The translations under genes and the position numbers were made by a program. DNA of 64,000 bases. Source: an uncultured Haloferula sp. Lineage in GTDB: Bacteria; Verrucomicrobiota; Verrucomicrobiia; Verrucomicrobiales; Akkermansiaceae. Location: NCBI GenBank assembly GCA_965652295.1, contig CBFGTS010000001.1:416001-480000 (forward strand), in the 5' to 3' direction. The notes beneath the pieces were generated by a model that did not search any database, had not been told where the DNA came from, and saw only the letters and a list, made by a program, of their open reading frames with translations. Below, piece by piece: positions 1-8,974 of the stretch. The first letter of the stretch is position 1. Every line of letters starts with the position of its first letter.

Positions 1-141
1 GGCCAGTATCCCGTGGAAGGCCATGAATTCCAGATCGTCCTGATGCGCGCCGATGCCGAGATGAGTGATGCGGGCGAGGGCGTCGGGCAACGGTGTGGCA
101 TCGGGAACGAAGACGTCCGCAGTTGGTTGATGGAATTTCAT
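1..141 (-). CDS. PIG-L/LmbE-family deacetylase, 5' part only (runs off window start)
   Basis: Manual translation from ATG at 141: MKFHQPTADVFVPDATPLPDALARITHLGIGAHQDDLEFMAFHGILA; AHQDD matches the PIG-L AHxDD metal-binding motif; starts 6 nt after the ROK stop. Not in the ORF track. Confidence 0.8.
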   Translation of the reverse strand, partial: MKFHQPTADVFVPDATPLPDALARITHLGIGAHQDDLEFMAFHGILA

Positions 142-147
142 GGCAGG

Positions 148-1527
148 TCAGGAAGTCGACTCGGGCAGGCTCGCAGCGGCGACAGCCTGACCGACGCGGC
201 GGGATTTTTCATCGGGAACATGCAGGGTGATTCGGTCGGCAAGTTCCGGGAACTCCATTGCGAGTACCTCGCGGGCTTTGTCGATGACGATCCCGCCGCC
301 GTCCCCGGTCGTCACCCGCCCGAGAACGAGCAGATGATCGAAATCATAGAAGTGGGCATAGTGAGGCAGGGTATAGCCGAGATAGACGCCGATGGTTTCA
401 TAGATGCGGGCCGCCCGTTCGTCACCTTCGGCCATGAGTTTCTGAACCTCCACGAGGCGCTCGGGCAGTCCCATTTTGGAAGGTAGAGTGATCTTTGCGG
501 CGGGAAGCAGCTTGTTGACGGCTTGCTGCGAGAAGTAGAGGGCACCGGTGCCGATGTCGCCCGACCATTCGTCGCGCGCGGCGTCGGGGTTGTAGTCGAC
601 CGCAGCAAAGGCAAGTTCGTTCAGCCAGCCGAGGATGCGTCCCTTCTTGTCCATGAAACCCGCGGCCTCACTGGAGCCCATGGCGATCCCGAGCATGCCG
701 ATTTTTTGAAGGGAAAGAGCACCGGCGAGCGCGGTGACATCGCCGTCGTTCATCACGACGAGCGGCACCTTCCATTCGTCCTGGATGCGTTTGAAAAGGT
801 TGGAAGCGACGGAGAAGGAGTCGCTCGGAATGGACCGGAGCAGTGAGGCGACGCGGATCTCGTTGTCGACGATCACCCCGGCAGAGCTGCCGCCGATGGC
901 ATCGACTCTGGGCATGGCGGCGGCGGCGCGATGCAGCGCGGCGGAGAGGTGATGATAGTGGTATTCCGGGTCGGCCTGAGCGGTCGGATCCCACGGGGTT
1001 TCCCAGGTGAAGACCGGCTCGCCATCGACCACGGCGGAGACCTTGTAGTCGCTGGCACCGAGATCGAAGCCGATCCGGCATCCTTTCAGGTGGCCGCCGA
1101 CTCCAGCCTGCATTTCCCGCTCGGACGGGGCGTGATCCGCGGTGGTGAGCTCGACTTCGAATGGCCGTCCATACGAGCGCTCCATCATGTCGCAGTCGAA
1201 GCGGCGGGCTCCATGGGACGAGTAGGTTTCCTTCAAATGCCGGCCGATCCGCTCGGGGCCGCCGACGATGAGCTTCCATCCGCCGCGCGACCAGAGGAGG
1301 AATTTCGCGAGTCGCTCCACGAAGTGCAGGGTCTCCGCATCGGGCGTAGATCGGACCATGGTCTCGTAGCGGGAAACGAGGCCGTTCTCGCGTTCCAGCG
1401 CGAGCACGAGCGGGACGGCATCGCCGGCGGATCGTGTGGCCGTGAGGTAGTTTCGATGAAAAAGCGCCGCGGGCAGGAAGCCTGGATCGAGCGGTGCGGG
1501 GATGGCGAGTGAGGTGGAATGGGTCAT
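148..1527 (-). CDS. ROK-family sugar kinase-like protein with N-terminal extension (459 aa)
   Basis: RIGFDLGASDYK, VMNDGDVTALAG, GIAMGSSEAAGF motifs; real start ATG 1527 overlaps the MFS stop (ATGA); the upstream part of the 800-aa track ORF is off-frame MFS sequence. Confidence 0.85.
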   Translation of the reverse strand: MTHSTSLAIPAPLDPGFLPAALFHRNYLTATRSAGDAVPLVLALERENGLVSRYETMVRSTPDAETLHFVERLAKFLLWSRGGWKLIVGGPERIGRHLKETYSSHGARRFDCDMMERSYGRPFEVELTTADHAPSEREMQAGVGGHLKGCRIGFDLGASDYKVSAVVDGEPVFTWETPWDPTAQADPEYHYHHLSAALHRAAAAMPRVDAIGGSSAGVIVDNEIRVASLLRSIPSDSFSVASNLFKRIQDEWKVPLVVMNDGDVTALAGALSLQKIGMLGIAMGSSEAAGFMDKKGRILGWLNELAFAAVDYNPDAARDEWSGDIGTGALYFSQQAVNKLLPAAKITLPSKMGLPERLVEVQKLMAEGDERAARIYETIGVYLGYTLPHYAHFYDFDHLLVLGRVTTGDGGGIVIDKAREVLAMEFPELADRITLHVPDEKSRRVGQAVAAASLPESTS

Positions 1528-3341
1528 GACGAATGGCGTTTGCGGCTCTTTCCGGTGAAGTGCTCTTCGATCTCTTCGAGGGTCTTGCCTTTGGTCTCCG
1601 GGAGGAAGAACGCGGCGGTCACGAAATAGACCACCGTGCAGGCGGCCCAGCCGAAGAACATCGTGGAGTATCCGAATTTTCCAACGGTTGGGAGGAAGGT
1701 TCCGGCGATGGCTGTGGAAACGGCCTGGTTCACGAGGAGGGCGACGGACATGCCGTTGGATCGGATGCGGGTGGGCATGAGCTCGGAAAGTGCCAGCCAC
1801 ACGCAGACACCCGGTCCGGAGGCGAAGGCGGCGATGAACAGGATGAAACAGCCGGCAACGAGCCAGCCGGTGGAGGGATTCGGCAAAGCTCCGTATTTCA
1901 CGCTGATGATTTCCAGAGGTTGGCTCTCCGCCGGTCGAAGATCCGTGAAAGGATTGAGGTGGAGCTTCCGGAAGAATGCGCCGATCGGCCCGTCCTTGAG
2001 ATCGGCCGCGGAGGGCGGTGTGATGTCGATCGTCGCCGGAGCGTGCGAGCCGACGAGGTCGCGCACATATTTCATCTGCGTGTACGGACCGTAGCGATAG
2101 GACACCAGCATCTGCGTTCCGTAAGGAGCGGAGTCGTGCGAAACCGCGGCGTGGAGAACCGGCTGAAGATCCGGATTGTCGAGATCGATATGAAAACTTC
2201 GAGCGGCAGCATCGATCGATTGCGATAACGCCGAAGATAGGTCGATCCGCTCCGACTCGATATGGCGGAAGGTCATCGCGGCTCCGACCAAGGCGACGAG
2301 GATGCCGGCGGTGCCCATTTTCAGAAGGAAGGTGCGGCCTTTCCGATCGACGAGGGCGACGGCCACCACGGTCATGAGGCAGTTGACGAGGGTGAGCAGA
2401 ACGTTGCCCTGATTGGCGACCGATCCTGTCAGGCCTGCCTGTTGGAAAATGTTGACGGCGTAGGCGAAGACCGAGTTGACCCCGGTGGCCTGGGTGCAGG
2501 CGAGGACCACGACGGCGAGGATGAAGGGGACGACGTATTTGCGTTGCCAAAGGCTGTCGCGGATGGCCTGGGTGGTGCGGGTGGACACGGCCTCGTTGCG
2601 CTCCATTTCATCGAGGACGACGCGGGCCTGATCGATGCCGGTGGATCGGGCCAAGGCAGCCAGCGCGGCGTCCTTGCGGCCCTTTCGAAAGAGCCAGCGA
2701 GGCGATTCTGAGACGGCCGCGGAGCCCGCGAAAAACAGGAGACCGGGAAAGAGCGACACCCAGAAGATCTGGCGCCACGCCTGGTCCTTTGCGGTGAGAA
2801 CAACGTCGGAGGTGGTGCCGGGTGTCGCCTCGAGTCGTCCAACCTTGTTGGCGAAGTAGAGCCCAATCAAGGCGGAGGCCACCAGGCCCACAGTGAGTAA
2901 AAGCTGGAACATGCCCGTCCCCTTGCCGCGCGACTTCGCGCCGAGGCACTCCGCCAGATAAAGAGGCACGACGACGCCGATAAGACCGCCGCTGATTCCC
3001 TGGAGGAGCCGCCCCGCGATGAGCACGTGGATCCCCTGGGAAAGGGTGATGATAGGAATGCTCAACACGAACAAGAGCGCACTGAGCATCATGATCTTCC
3101 GCCGCCCGAAAATGTCGGCCAGCAGTCCGGCCACGAGCGAAGAGAAGACACTCCCTAACAGCACGGCCGCGACTACGGTCGATAGCTGCGAGGGAGTGTA
3201 GCCGGAGGTCGCTTCAAGATAGGGAAGGGCGCCGGCGATGATGCCGACATCGATGCCGTAGAGCAGCCCGCCAAGGCCGGCCACGAGGAGGAGGAATCGG
3301 CCGTAAGTGGACGACGACCGAGGGACGGAAATCTCCGACAT
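1524..3341 (-). CDS. Sugar porter family MFS transporter with large loop insertion
   Basis: GGLLYGIDVG, DIFGRR, PLYLAE, ESPRWL, QATGVN, DRKGR, SELMP, PETKGKTLEEI sugar-porter signatures. Confidence 0.92.
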   Translation of the reverse strand: MSEISVPRSSSTYGRFLLLVAGLGGLLYGIDVGIIAGALPYLEATSGYTPSQLSTVVAAVLLGSVFSSLVAGLLADIFGRRKIMMLSALLFVLSIPIITLSQGIHVLIAGRLLQGISGGLIGVVVPLYLAECLGAKSRGKGTGMFQLLLTVGLVASALIGLYFANKVGRLEATPGTTSDVVLTAKDQAWRQIFWVSLFPGLLFFAGSAAVSESPRWLFRKGRKDAALAALARSTGIDQARVVLDEMERNEAVSTRTTQAIRDSLWQRKYVVPFILAVVVLACTQATGVNSVFAYAVNIFQQAGLTGSVANQGNVLLTLVNCLMTVVAVALVDRKGRTFLLKMGTAGILVALVGAAMTFRHIESERIDLSSALSQSIDAAARSFHIDLDNPDLQPVLHAAVSHDSAPYGTQMLVSYRYGPYTQMKYVRDLVGSHAPATIDITPPSAADLKDGPIGAFFRKLHLNPFTDLRPAESQPLEIISVKYGALPNPSTGWLVAGCFILFIAAFASGPGVCVWLALSELMPTRIRSNGMSVALLVNQAVSTAIAGTFLPTVGKFGYSTMFFGWAACTVVYFVTAAFFLPETKGKTLEEIEEHFTGKSRKRHSS

Positions 3342-3380
3342 GATGTAGGGCGAAAAGCAGGGGGGAAGCCGTGCGTGTCG

Positions 3381-5879
3381 TCAGGGTTGGACCGGTTCCG
3401 TGACGGAGAGGCGGGCGAAGCGCCGCGATCTGGTCGCGGGGATCGTCACGGTGACCTGCTCGGTCTCGGCATCGACCACTTCCACAGCAACTGTGACTCC
3501 GTCCACGTCGTTCACCGCAGTGGTCCAGCTTCCCTCCCTGAGATCGTCGGAGAACTCGACGCGATCGACGAAGCCCTCGGCCGAGGCCTCAAGTTCACGC
3601 TGATAAACCAGCACCAGTGTTTCATCGACTCGATCGACGGTTGGAAGATTGGAGCCGGCTCCGGAGACTGGGCTGGAACCCAGGACGAACTCGATCGAAT
3701 TGGCCAGACCGTCGCCATCCGGATCCGCCGTCGGACTGCCATTGCTTTCCGAGTCGAGACCGAAGCCCGCGGCCCATTCATCATAACCGGTGAGCTCGGG
3801 GGCAGCCTCGAAGAGATCGACGATGTTTCCGGTCGTCAGCTCGCGGCTGTAGATCCGGAGGTCATCGAGAAATCCCTCGAAACCCTCGAAGGCGGTCGAG
3901 CGGCCCAGCGCTCCAATGGCGAAACCGACGGTGCTCGCTTCATTGATCCCCGAGGTGTTGGTGTTCTGGGAGTGAACGAGGACGCCATCGACATAGAAGT
4001 CGACTCGGTTCACCGGGCTGTTCCGGAAGATATAAGAATAGTGACGCCATGATCCAGGCAGGGGTGTGGTGTCAGCCGGGCTCAGATAATCGTAGACTCC
4101 ATAGCTGGTTCCCACCATCTGACGGGTCGCGGAGCGTTGTCCCACTCCCCAACCTTCGGTGAGCGTGGCAGCGCCATTGGCATAGGCGGAAAAGAACCTC
4201 GTTCTCGCAGCTGTGGCGGTGGTTGGCACGCGCGCCCAGCAGGCGACGGTAAAGCCATCGCTGTCGGAGAGAAGACTCGTGGTGTAATCCACACCTGATG
4301 TAACTCCGAGGTCGACCAGGTCTCCCGTTCCATCGAGGAGCAAGGCTCCTGCGCCGACTCGTGCCATGGCGCTCCATTGGGCATCGCCCATCGGCGTGCC
4401 GTCGTTCGCAAAGGATCCGGTGTCCTCCCCAAGTTCGGCGGCATCATCGAAGGTAAAGAGGGACACGAGGCTTGCGTCCGGGTTGGCTACTTTAACCTCG
4501 GCCGTGACGGGAATCGAAAAGAGGAACTCGCCGTCGCTGTTGGTATCGATCACCAACGTGCCGGTGAAGGTGCCCTCGCTCCCGGGAGGAGGGCTGAATG
4601 TGACCTCCACGTCGACGCTTTGACCCGGAAGTACGGTGGAGGATGCGGGGTCGTTGGCTGTGAAGGCTGGGTCGCCGGTGAACTCGACGTCATAAAGGAT
4701 GAGATCATTTTCGGTGCCATTGTTGGTGATGGTGACGGTCTGCGTCTGAGAGGTCGGGCTTTCATCGAAGCTGCCGAAGTCGATCGAAAGAGGATCGACT
4801 GCGGCGACCGGATCCATGGCCTCGACGTTCACCATGACCTCGATCTCCTTAACCGGCTCCAGCGAGTCATTGGTGGCCACGGAAAGCGTGACGGTGTAGA
4901 GCCCGGAGATGTCCGGATCGAAGTTGAGCGTGATGACTCCGGAAGCGCCGGGAGCGAGATCGTCGTCATAGGATACCACCTCGAAGAAGCTGGCATCGAA
5001 GCCGCTGATGGTGATGGGATCGGGATCGGTGAGGCTGAGGGTTTGCGTGGCACCGAGGTTGGAGAATGGGACCTGGAGGGTCTGCGGGTCTCCGCCGGTA
5101 TCGAACGTGATGGCAGGCTCGAGCTGGAGGGACGGATCTCCCACAGGCAGGTCGGCGAGGATGGCGATTTCGCCGGAGAGGAGAACGGTGTCGTAGATGC
5201 GGAGCTCATCAATCGAGCCCTCGAAAGCGTCCGTGGGAGCACTGCGTCCGAGGCGACCGACTTCGAAATTGTTGAAAATTGAGGGCAAGGTCACCGCTGG
5301 GGTGCCTTCCGTTCGTGAGATGAGAGTTCCGTCGATGTAGAGCTGCGCGACGTCGTTTGCGGCGTCGAGAGTGTAAGCCACGTGGTGCCACTCTCCGTCA
5401 TTCAATGGCGAGGGCGGGAGAGGATTCAGATCGGAGAAGCCGGTGTTCACTCCATCGCGGATCCGACCGTAAATGCCGCCGGTACCGGAAGCGGTTCCGA
5501 CATCCAGGTAGCGGTTGCTGGCCGTGTCGTCCCCGAGGAAAATCGCGGAGTCTCGGGTGCCTCCGGCGGCCCACTTGAGCCACGCGGAAATGGTAAGCGT
5601 CTGGTTCGTGGAGATCGCACTGAAGAGCGGGCTGGCGTTCCCCATGTCGACGACGCCGTTCTGGCTCGCATCATTTTGAAAGGTGAAGGCGGTCCCGAAC
5701 TTGCCTGCCGTGCCGAGGATGACATTTGAACCGATCGTGCCATCGAGGCCTGCGGGTCCGCTATCGACGGCAGTGGTGCCGCTGGTTTCGTCAAAAGTAT
5801 AATGAGAGACCAAGTCGGCGTGGGCGTAAAGAAGCCCGAGACTTGATGCTGCGAAAATAGAAGTGAGTGAATGATTCAT
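3381..5879 (-). CDS. Secreted LamG - Ig-like x2 - LamG protein with Verrucomicrobia-type C-terminal domain
   Basis: Signal peptide from M at 5879; two LamG-like domains (WHHVAYT...LYIDG...FEGSIDELRIY; WRHYSY...FYVDG...LDDLRIY); two ASH/choice-of-anchor-D-like repeats; C-terminal YDEWA...DPDGDGLANSIEFVLGSSP...RRFARL. Confidence 0.8.
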   Translation of the reverse strand: MNHSLTSIFAASSLGLLYAHADLVSHYTFDETSGTTAVDSGPAGLDGTIGSNVILGTAGKFGTAFTFQNDASQNGVVDMGNASPLFSAISTNQTLTISAWLKWAAGGTRDSAIFLGDDTASNRYLDVGTASGTGGIYGRIRDGVNTGFSDLNPLPPSPLNDGEWHHVAYTLDAANDVAQLYIDGTLISRTEGTPAVTLPSIFNNFEVGRLGRSAPTDAFEGSIDELRIYDTVLLSGEIAILADLPVGDPSLQLEPAITFDTGGDPQTLQVPFSNLGATQTLSLTDPDPITISGFDASFFEVVSYDDDLAPGASGVITLNFDPDISGLYTVTLSVATNDSLEPVKEIEVMVNVEAMDPVAAVDPLSIDFGSFDESPTSQTQTVTITNNGTENDLILYDVEFTGDPAFTANDPASSTVLPGQSVDVEVTFSPPPGSEGTFTGTLVIDTNSDGEFLFSIPVTAEVKVANPDASLVSLFTFDDAAELGEDTGSFANDGTPMGDAQWSAMARVGAGALLLDGTGDLVDLGVTSGVDYTTSLLSDSDGFTVACWARVPTTATAARTRFFSAYANGAATLTEGWGVGQRSATRQMVGTSYGVYDYLSPADTTPLPGSWRHYSYIFRNSPVNRVDFYVDGVLVHSQNTNTSGINEASTVGFAIGALGRSTAFEGFEGFLDDLRIYSRELTTGNIVDLFEAAPELTGYDEWAAGFGLDSESNGSPTADPDGDGLANSIEFVLGSSPVSGAGSNLPTVDRVDETLVLVYQRELEASAEGFVDRVEFSDDLREGSWTTAVNDVDGVTVAVEVVDAETEQVTVTIPATRSRRFARLSVTEPVQP

Positions 5880-5973
5880 CTGGAGATAGCTATGATGTTG
5901 CCACGTGTTTCGAGCGCAGCCCCCTTTCAAGGAAGGGGCGTGGATTGACTGAGGATGCCGTTCAGCAGCGGGT

Positions 5974-6780
5974 TCAGCGGCGTCGCCGAAGGACGAGGCC
6001 GAGGGCTCCGAGAAGTCCGAGAGCCAGCGGGGTGGCGGGCTCGGGCACGGCCAAGGCCGCGATCTCGCTTTCTGTCAGGATGGTATCGTAGATGCGGAGT
6101 TCGTCCACAGAGCCTGTGAACGCATCCGTGGGAGCGCTCCGGCCGAGACGGCCGACTTCGAAGTTATTGAAGACGGATGGGAAGGTGACGGCGGGAATTG
6201 CCGTGCTTTCCGACACGAGTTGGCCATCGACGTAGAGGCGAGTCACTTCGTTGACAGCGTCCGCGGTGTAGGCGATGTGATGCCATCCGCCGTCATTCAG
6301 TGCCAGAGTCGGAGTCGGAGTGAGGTCGGGAAATCCGGAGTTCACTCCATCGCGAATCCGGCCGTAAACGCCGGTGGTGCCGGCCATGGTCCCGATGTCG
6401 AGATATCGGTTCGATGCAGTGTTGTCTCCAAGAAAGATGGCCGAATCCCGTACGCCTGGAGTGGTCCAACTCATCCAGACGGAAACCGTGATTGCCTGGC
6501 TGGTGGTGATCGCACTGAAGAGGTCGGTGGCATTTCCCATGTCGACGATGCCGTCCTGGCTGGCATCGTTGTTGAAGGTGAAGGCCGTGCCGAACACTCC
6601 GGGCGTGGCCAGGGTCACGTTTGAACCAATGACTCCATCGGCTCCTGCGGGGCCGCTGTCAACGGCGGTGCCGCCGGTCGACTCGTCAAAGGTGTAACGG
6701 GAAACCAAGGCCGCGCGGGCCGGAAGGAAGAGGGCGAGGACCAGCAAACTGTGCGCCGCGAGAAATGAGGGAGTCTTCAT
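5974..6780 (-). CDS. LamG-domain PEP-CTERM protein
   Basis: Signal peptide, LamG domain, C-terminal VPEP-hydrophobic-RRRR sorting signal. Confidence 0.9.
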   Translation of the reverse strand: MKTPSFLAAHSLLVLALFLPARAALVSRYTFDESTGGTAVDSGPAGADGVIGSNVTLATPGVFGTAFTFNNDASQDGIVDMGNATDLFSAITTSQAITVSVWMSWTTPGVRDSAIFLGDNTASNRYLDIGTMAGTTGVYGRIRDGVNSGFPDLTPTPTLALNDGGWHHIAYTADAVNEVTRLYVDGQLVSESTAIPAVTFPSVFNNFEVGRLGRSAPTDAFTGSVDELRIYDTILTESEIAALAVPEPATPLALGLLGALGLVLRRRR

Positions 6781-6914
6781 GATGGAACGGTTTGGGATAA
6801 GTCAGACGAGTGAAGAAGAAGGCCTGCTTCTTCATCGATCTCTGCCCGGCGGAGTTCGTTCCACTGGCTGACTTTCCTTCTATTCCCCGTTCCCAAAGAT
6901 GCTGACGGATTTTT

Positions 6915-8405
6915 TTACTCCACGGGTTCTTTGGTCGCGTTGTCGTACTGGTTGCTGGTGAAGATGAGCGTTTCCGGATCGCGCAGCACGTGGCGCTCGA
7001 TGAGATCCTTTTTGGGAAGCGTGACGTTCAGCACGCCGTTCTCCACCCACCACTGGCTTCGGGTCCAGGAGCTGTCGACGACTTCGCCGTTTTTCGTCAG
7101 GGACACCGTTCCATCGGGCCGGAATTCGCGGACGAAGAGATCGCCGAGATGGCGGTAAGCCCAGCGGCCGATGAACTGATCGGGGCGGGCGTTGGTGACG
7201 AGACCTTCTTCGAACTGGAGAATTCCACGGCTGTCGAGTGGCAGGTCCGAATCAGCAAGGGAGCCGCCCTCGCGGCTCAGGGTCTCAAGGGTGGCCACGA
7301 CCGTCCAGCGACCGCGGCTGTAGGAACCGGGTTCGACGTCCAGAGCGTAAATGTTGTCGGAAACATAGCGCAGCATGCCGGTGCTTCCCTTGTGGGCGTC
7401 CACCGCGACCGGCTCCCCGTCGTGAAGAAGCCGCACGTCGCGGATCACGACGGCATCGGGCCCGCTGATCCATTTGAAGATGGCCCGATACTTCGCGGGT
7501 TTCCAGACGAGGTGGGTGACATCGAAGGTGACTTCCCGCGATCCTGATGAGTCGACCTCCCAGCGGAAGTCCCTTGCCGGCAGCCGCGTCACGTATTTCT
7601 TGCGATCGAGCGGGATGGGCTGCAGCGGCTCACCGCCCACCGGGGACTGGACGAGCGATTGGTTTTCGTAAAGCAGGATGGAGTCCCGTCCGGCCGAGTG
7701 CAGTTTGATCATGCCGGAAAATACGCCGACTTCCGTACTTCCGTCGGGAAGCGCGTCCATCGCGAACTCGGTTCCGAGATCCTCGACGATGCCTCCCGAG
7801 TAGTGGATTTTGAATCCTTCGGCCCCTTTTGGCACGGTCGTGTAGAGCTTTCCCTGCTGCAGCCGTCCGGTCTCATGCCCGGCGACTTCGTAAACGGCGG
7901 GGCCTTCCAAGGTGACACACACGCCGCTGGCGTAGGTGACTTCGACGAGACCCGACTCGATGGATATTTCGCTGGAAGATGGATCCAACTCGATCCGGTG
8001 CGGGCTTTTTTCATCGGTCCACTCGACGCCCACCATGCCGGTGATGCGGGCGGGTGGCGAACTGGGGGGAGCGGCGGCGATGGAATCGGTGGACGGTGGT
8101 TCAAGGTTTCTGCCGAGCTGGAGTCCGAGGCCGAAAATCACGCAGGCAGCAACGAGAGAAGCGCCGATCGTGAGCGCGCGCGGAAATGAAACGACACGCG
8201 GTGGCTCCGCGGAGAAATCGTCCTCCTGCGGAACGACCGAGGCCATCAAGGCTTCCTGCTGGCTGGCCTCAAGGTAGTAGGCGAGGGCCGCATTGTCTTC
8301 CAACAGGTCCTCCAGCTCGGCCACTTCCGGCTTTGATAGTGGTGGCCCGTCGTGCAGGCGGTCGACCAGCCTTCGGAGTCTGGGATGAGGTGGACGGTTA
8401 TTCAT
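6915..8405 (-). CDS. FecR-like anti-sigma factor / transmembrane sensor
   Basis: N-terminal anti-sigma helix, TM segment, FecR core (GLVEVTYASGVCVTLEGPA...VEDLGTEFAM...VFSG); overlaps the ECF sigma stop. Confidence 0.85.
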   Translation of the reverse strand: MNNRPPHPRLRRLVDRLHDGPPLSKPEVAELEDLLEDNAALAYYLEASQQEALMASVVPQEDDFSAEPPRVVSFPRALTIGASLVAACVIFGLGLQLGRNLEPPSTDSIAAAPPSSPPARITGMVGVEWTDEKSPHRIELDPSSSEISIESGLVEVTYASGVCVTLEGPAVYEVAGHETGRLQQGKLYTTVPKGAEGFKIHYSGGIVEDLGTEFAMDALPDGSTEVGVFSGMIKLHSAGRDSILLYENQSLVQSPVGGEPLQPIPLDRKKYVTRLPARDFRWEVDSSGSREVTFDVTHLVWKPAKYRAIFKWISGPDAVVIRDVRLLHDGEPVAVDAHKGSTGMLRYVSDNIYALDVEPGSYSRGRWTVVATLETLSREGGSLADSDLPLDSRGILQFEEGLVTNARPDQFIGRWAYRHLGDLFVREFRPDGTVSLTKNGEVVDSSWTRSQWWVENGVLNVTLPKKDLIERHVLRDPETLIFTSNQYDNATKEPVE

Positions 8406-8952
8406 GGGTGGATGAAAGTCGGGACTCGATACAATGGCGGAGGGCGATCCGGATCCGCGACAGGCTCTTCTGGATTTGATTCGGCTTCACGCCAAGCTTC
8501 CGCGCGTGGGCTGCGAGCGAAAGGCGGTCATGATATTTCAACTGCAGCAGCTTTCGGCTATCCGCCGGGAGCTGGGACACGCAGTGCTGGAGCGCGGCGA
8601 GCCGGTGGTCCGCCTCGTCGGCCATGGCTTCAGCCGCCCGGGAGATGCGCTCAAGGACATCCTCGGAAAAACATACCAGCTTGCGACGCTGCATGTCGCG
8701 TCGGTGGGTCAGCACCTTGAACCACGCGGCTTTGAAGGCCCATGCCTTGAAGTTGGTGCCGGATTGGAACTCGGCCCGCCGGTCCCAGAGAAACAAACAA
8801 GTCTCCTGCACCACGTCATCGCAGGCATTGCGATCGGGCAGGAGGGAGAGGATGTATCCCCGCAGTGCAGGTCGCAGGTCTTCGATTTGCGAAGCGACAA
8901 GGCCGTCCCGATCGGAGGGATCGGGCTCGAATTGCGGCTCGGGACTCATCAT
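8398..8952 (-). CDS. ECF RNA polymerase sigma-70 factor
   Basis: LRGYILSLL..DDVVQET..LW..F..GTNFKAWAF region 2 and C-terminal LSRIRIALRHCIE region 4, typical of Planctomycete/Verrucomicrobial ECFs; start placed at MMSPEP. Confidence 0.9.
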   Translation of the reverse strand: MMSPEPQFEPDPSDRDGLVASQIEDLRPALRGYILSLLPDRNACDDVVQETCLFLWDRRAEFQSGTNFKAWAFKAAWFKVLTHRRDMQRRKLVCFSEDVLERISRAAEAMADEADHRLAALQHCVSQLPADSRKLLQLKYHDRLSLAAHARKLGVKPNQIQKSLSRIRIALRHCIESRLSSTHE

Positions 8953-8974
8953 CGGGTGGAACGTTGGAGGACGG

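Noticed and set aside
1528..2550. N-terminal 341 aa of the 800-aa track ORF 148..2550
   Set aside because: Arg-rich off-frame translation overlapping the MFS gene; the ROK protein starts at 1527.
6811..6834. Inverted repeat TGAAGAAG...CTTCTTCA upstream of the PEP-CTERM gene
   Set aside because: Single instance with no second copy or U-tract, so a regulatory role cannot be supported.
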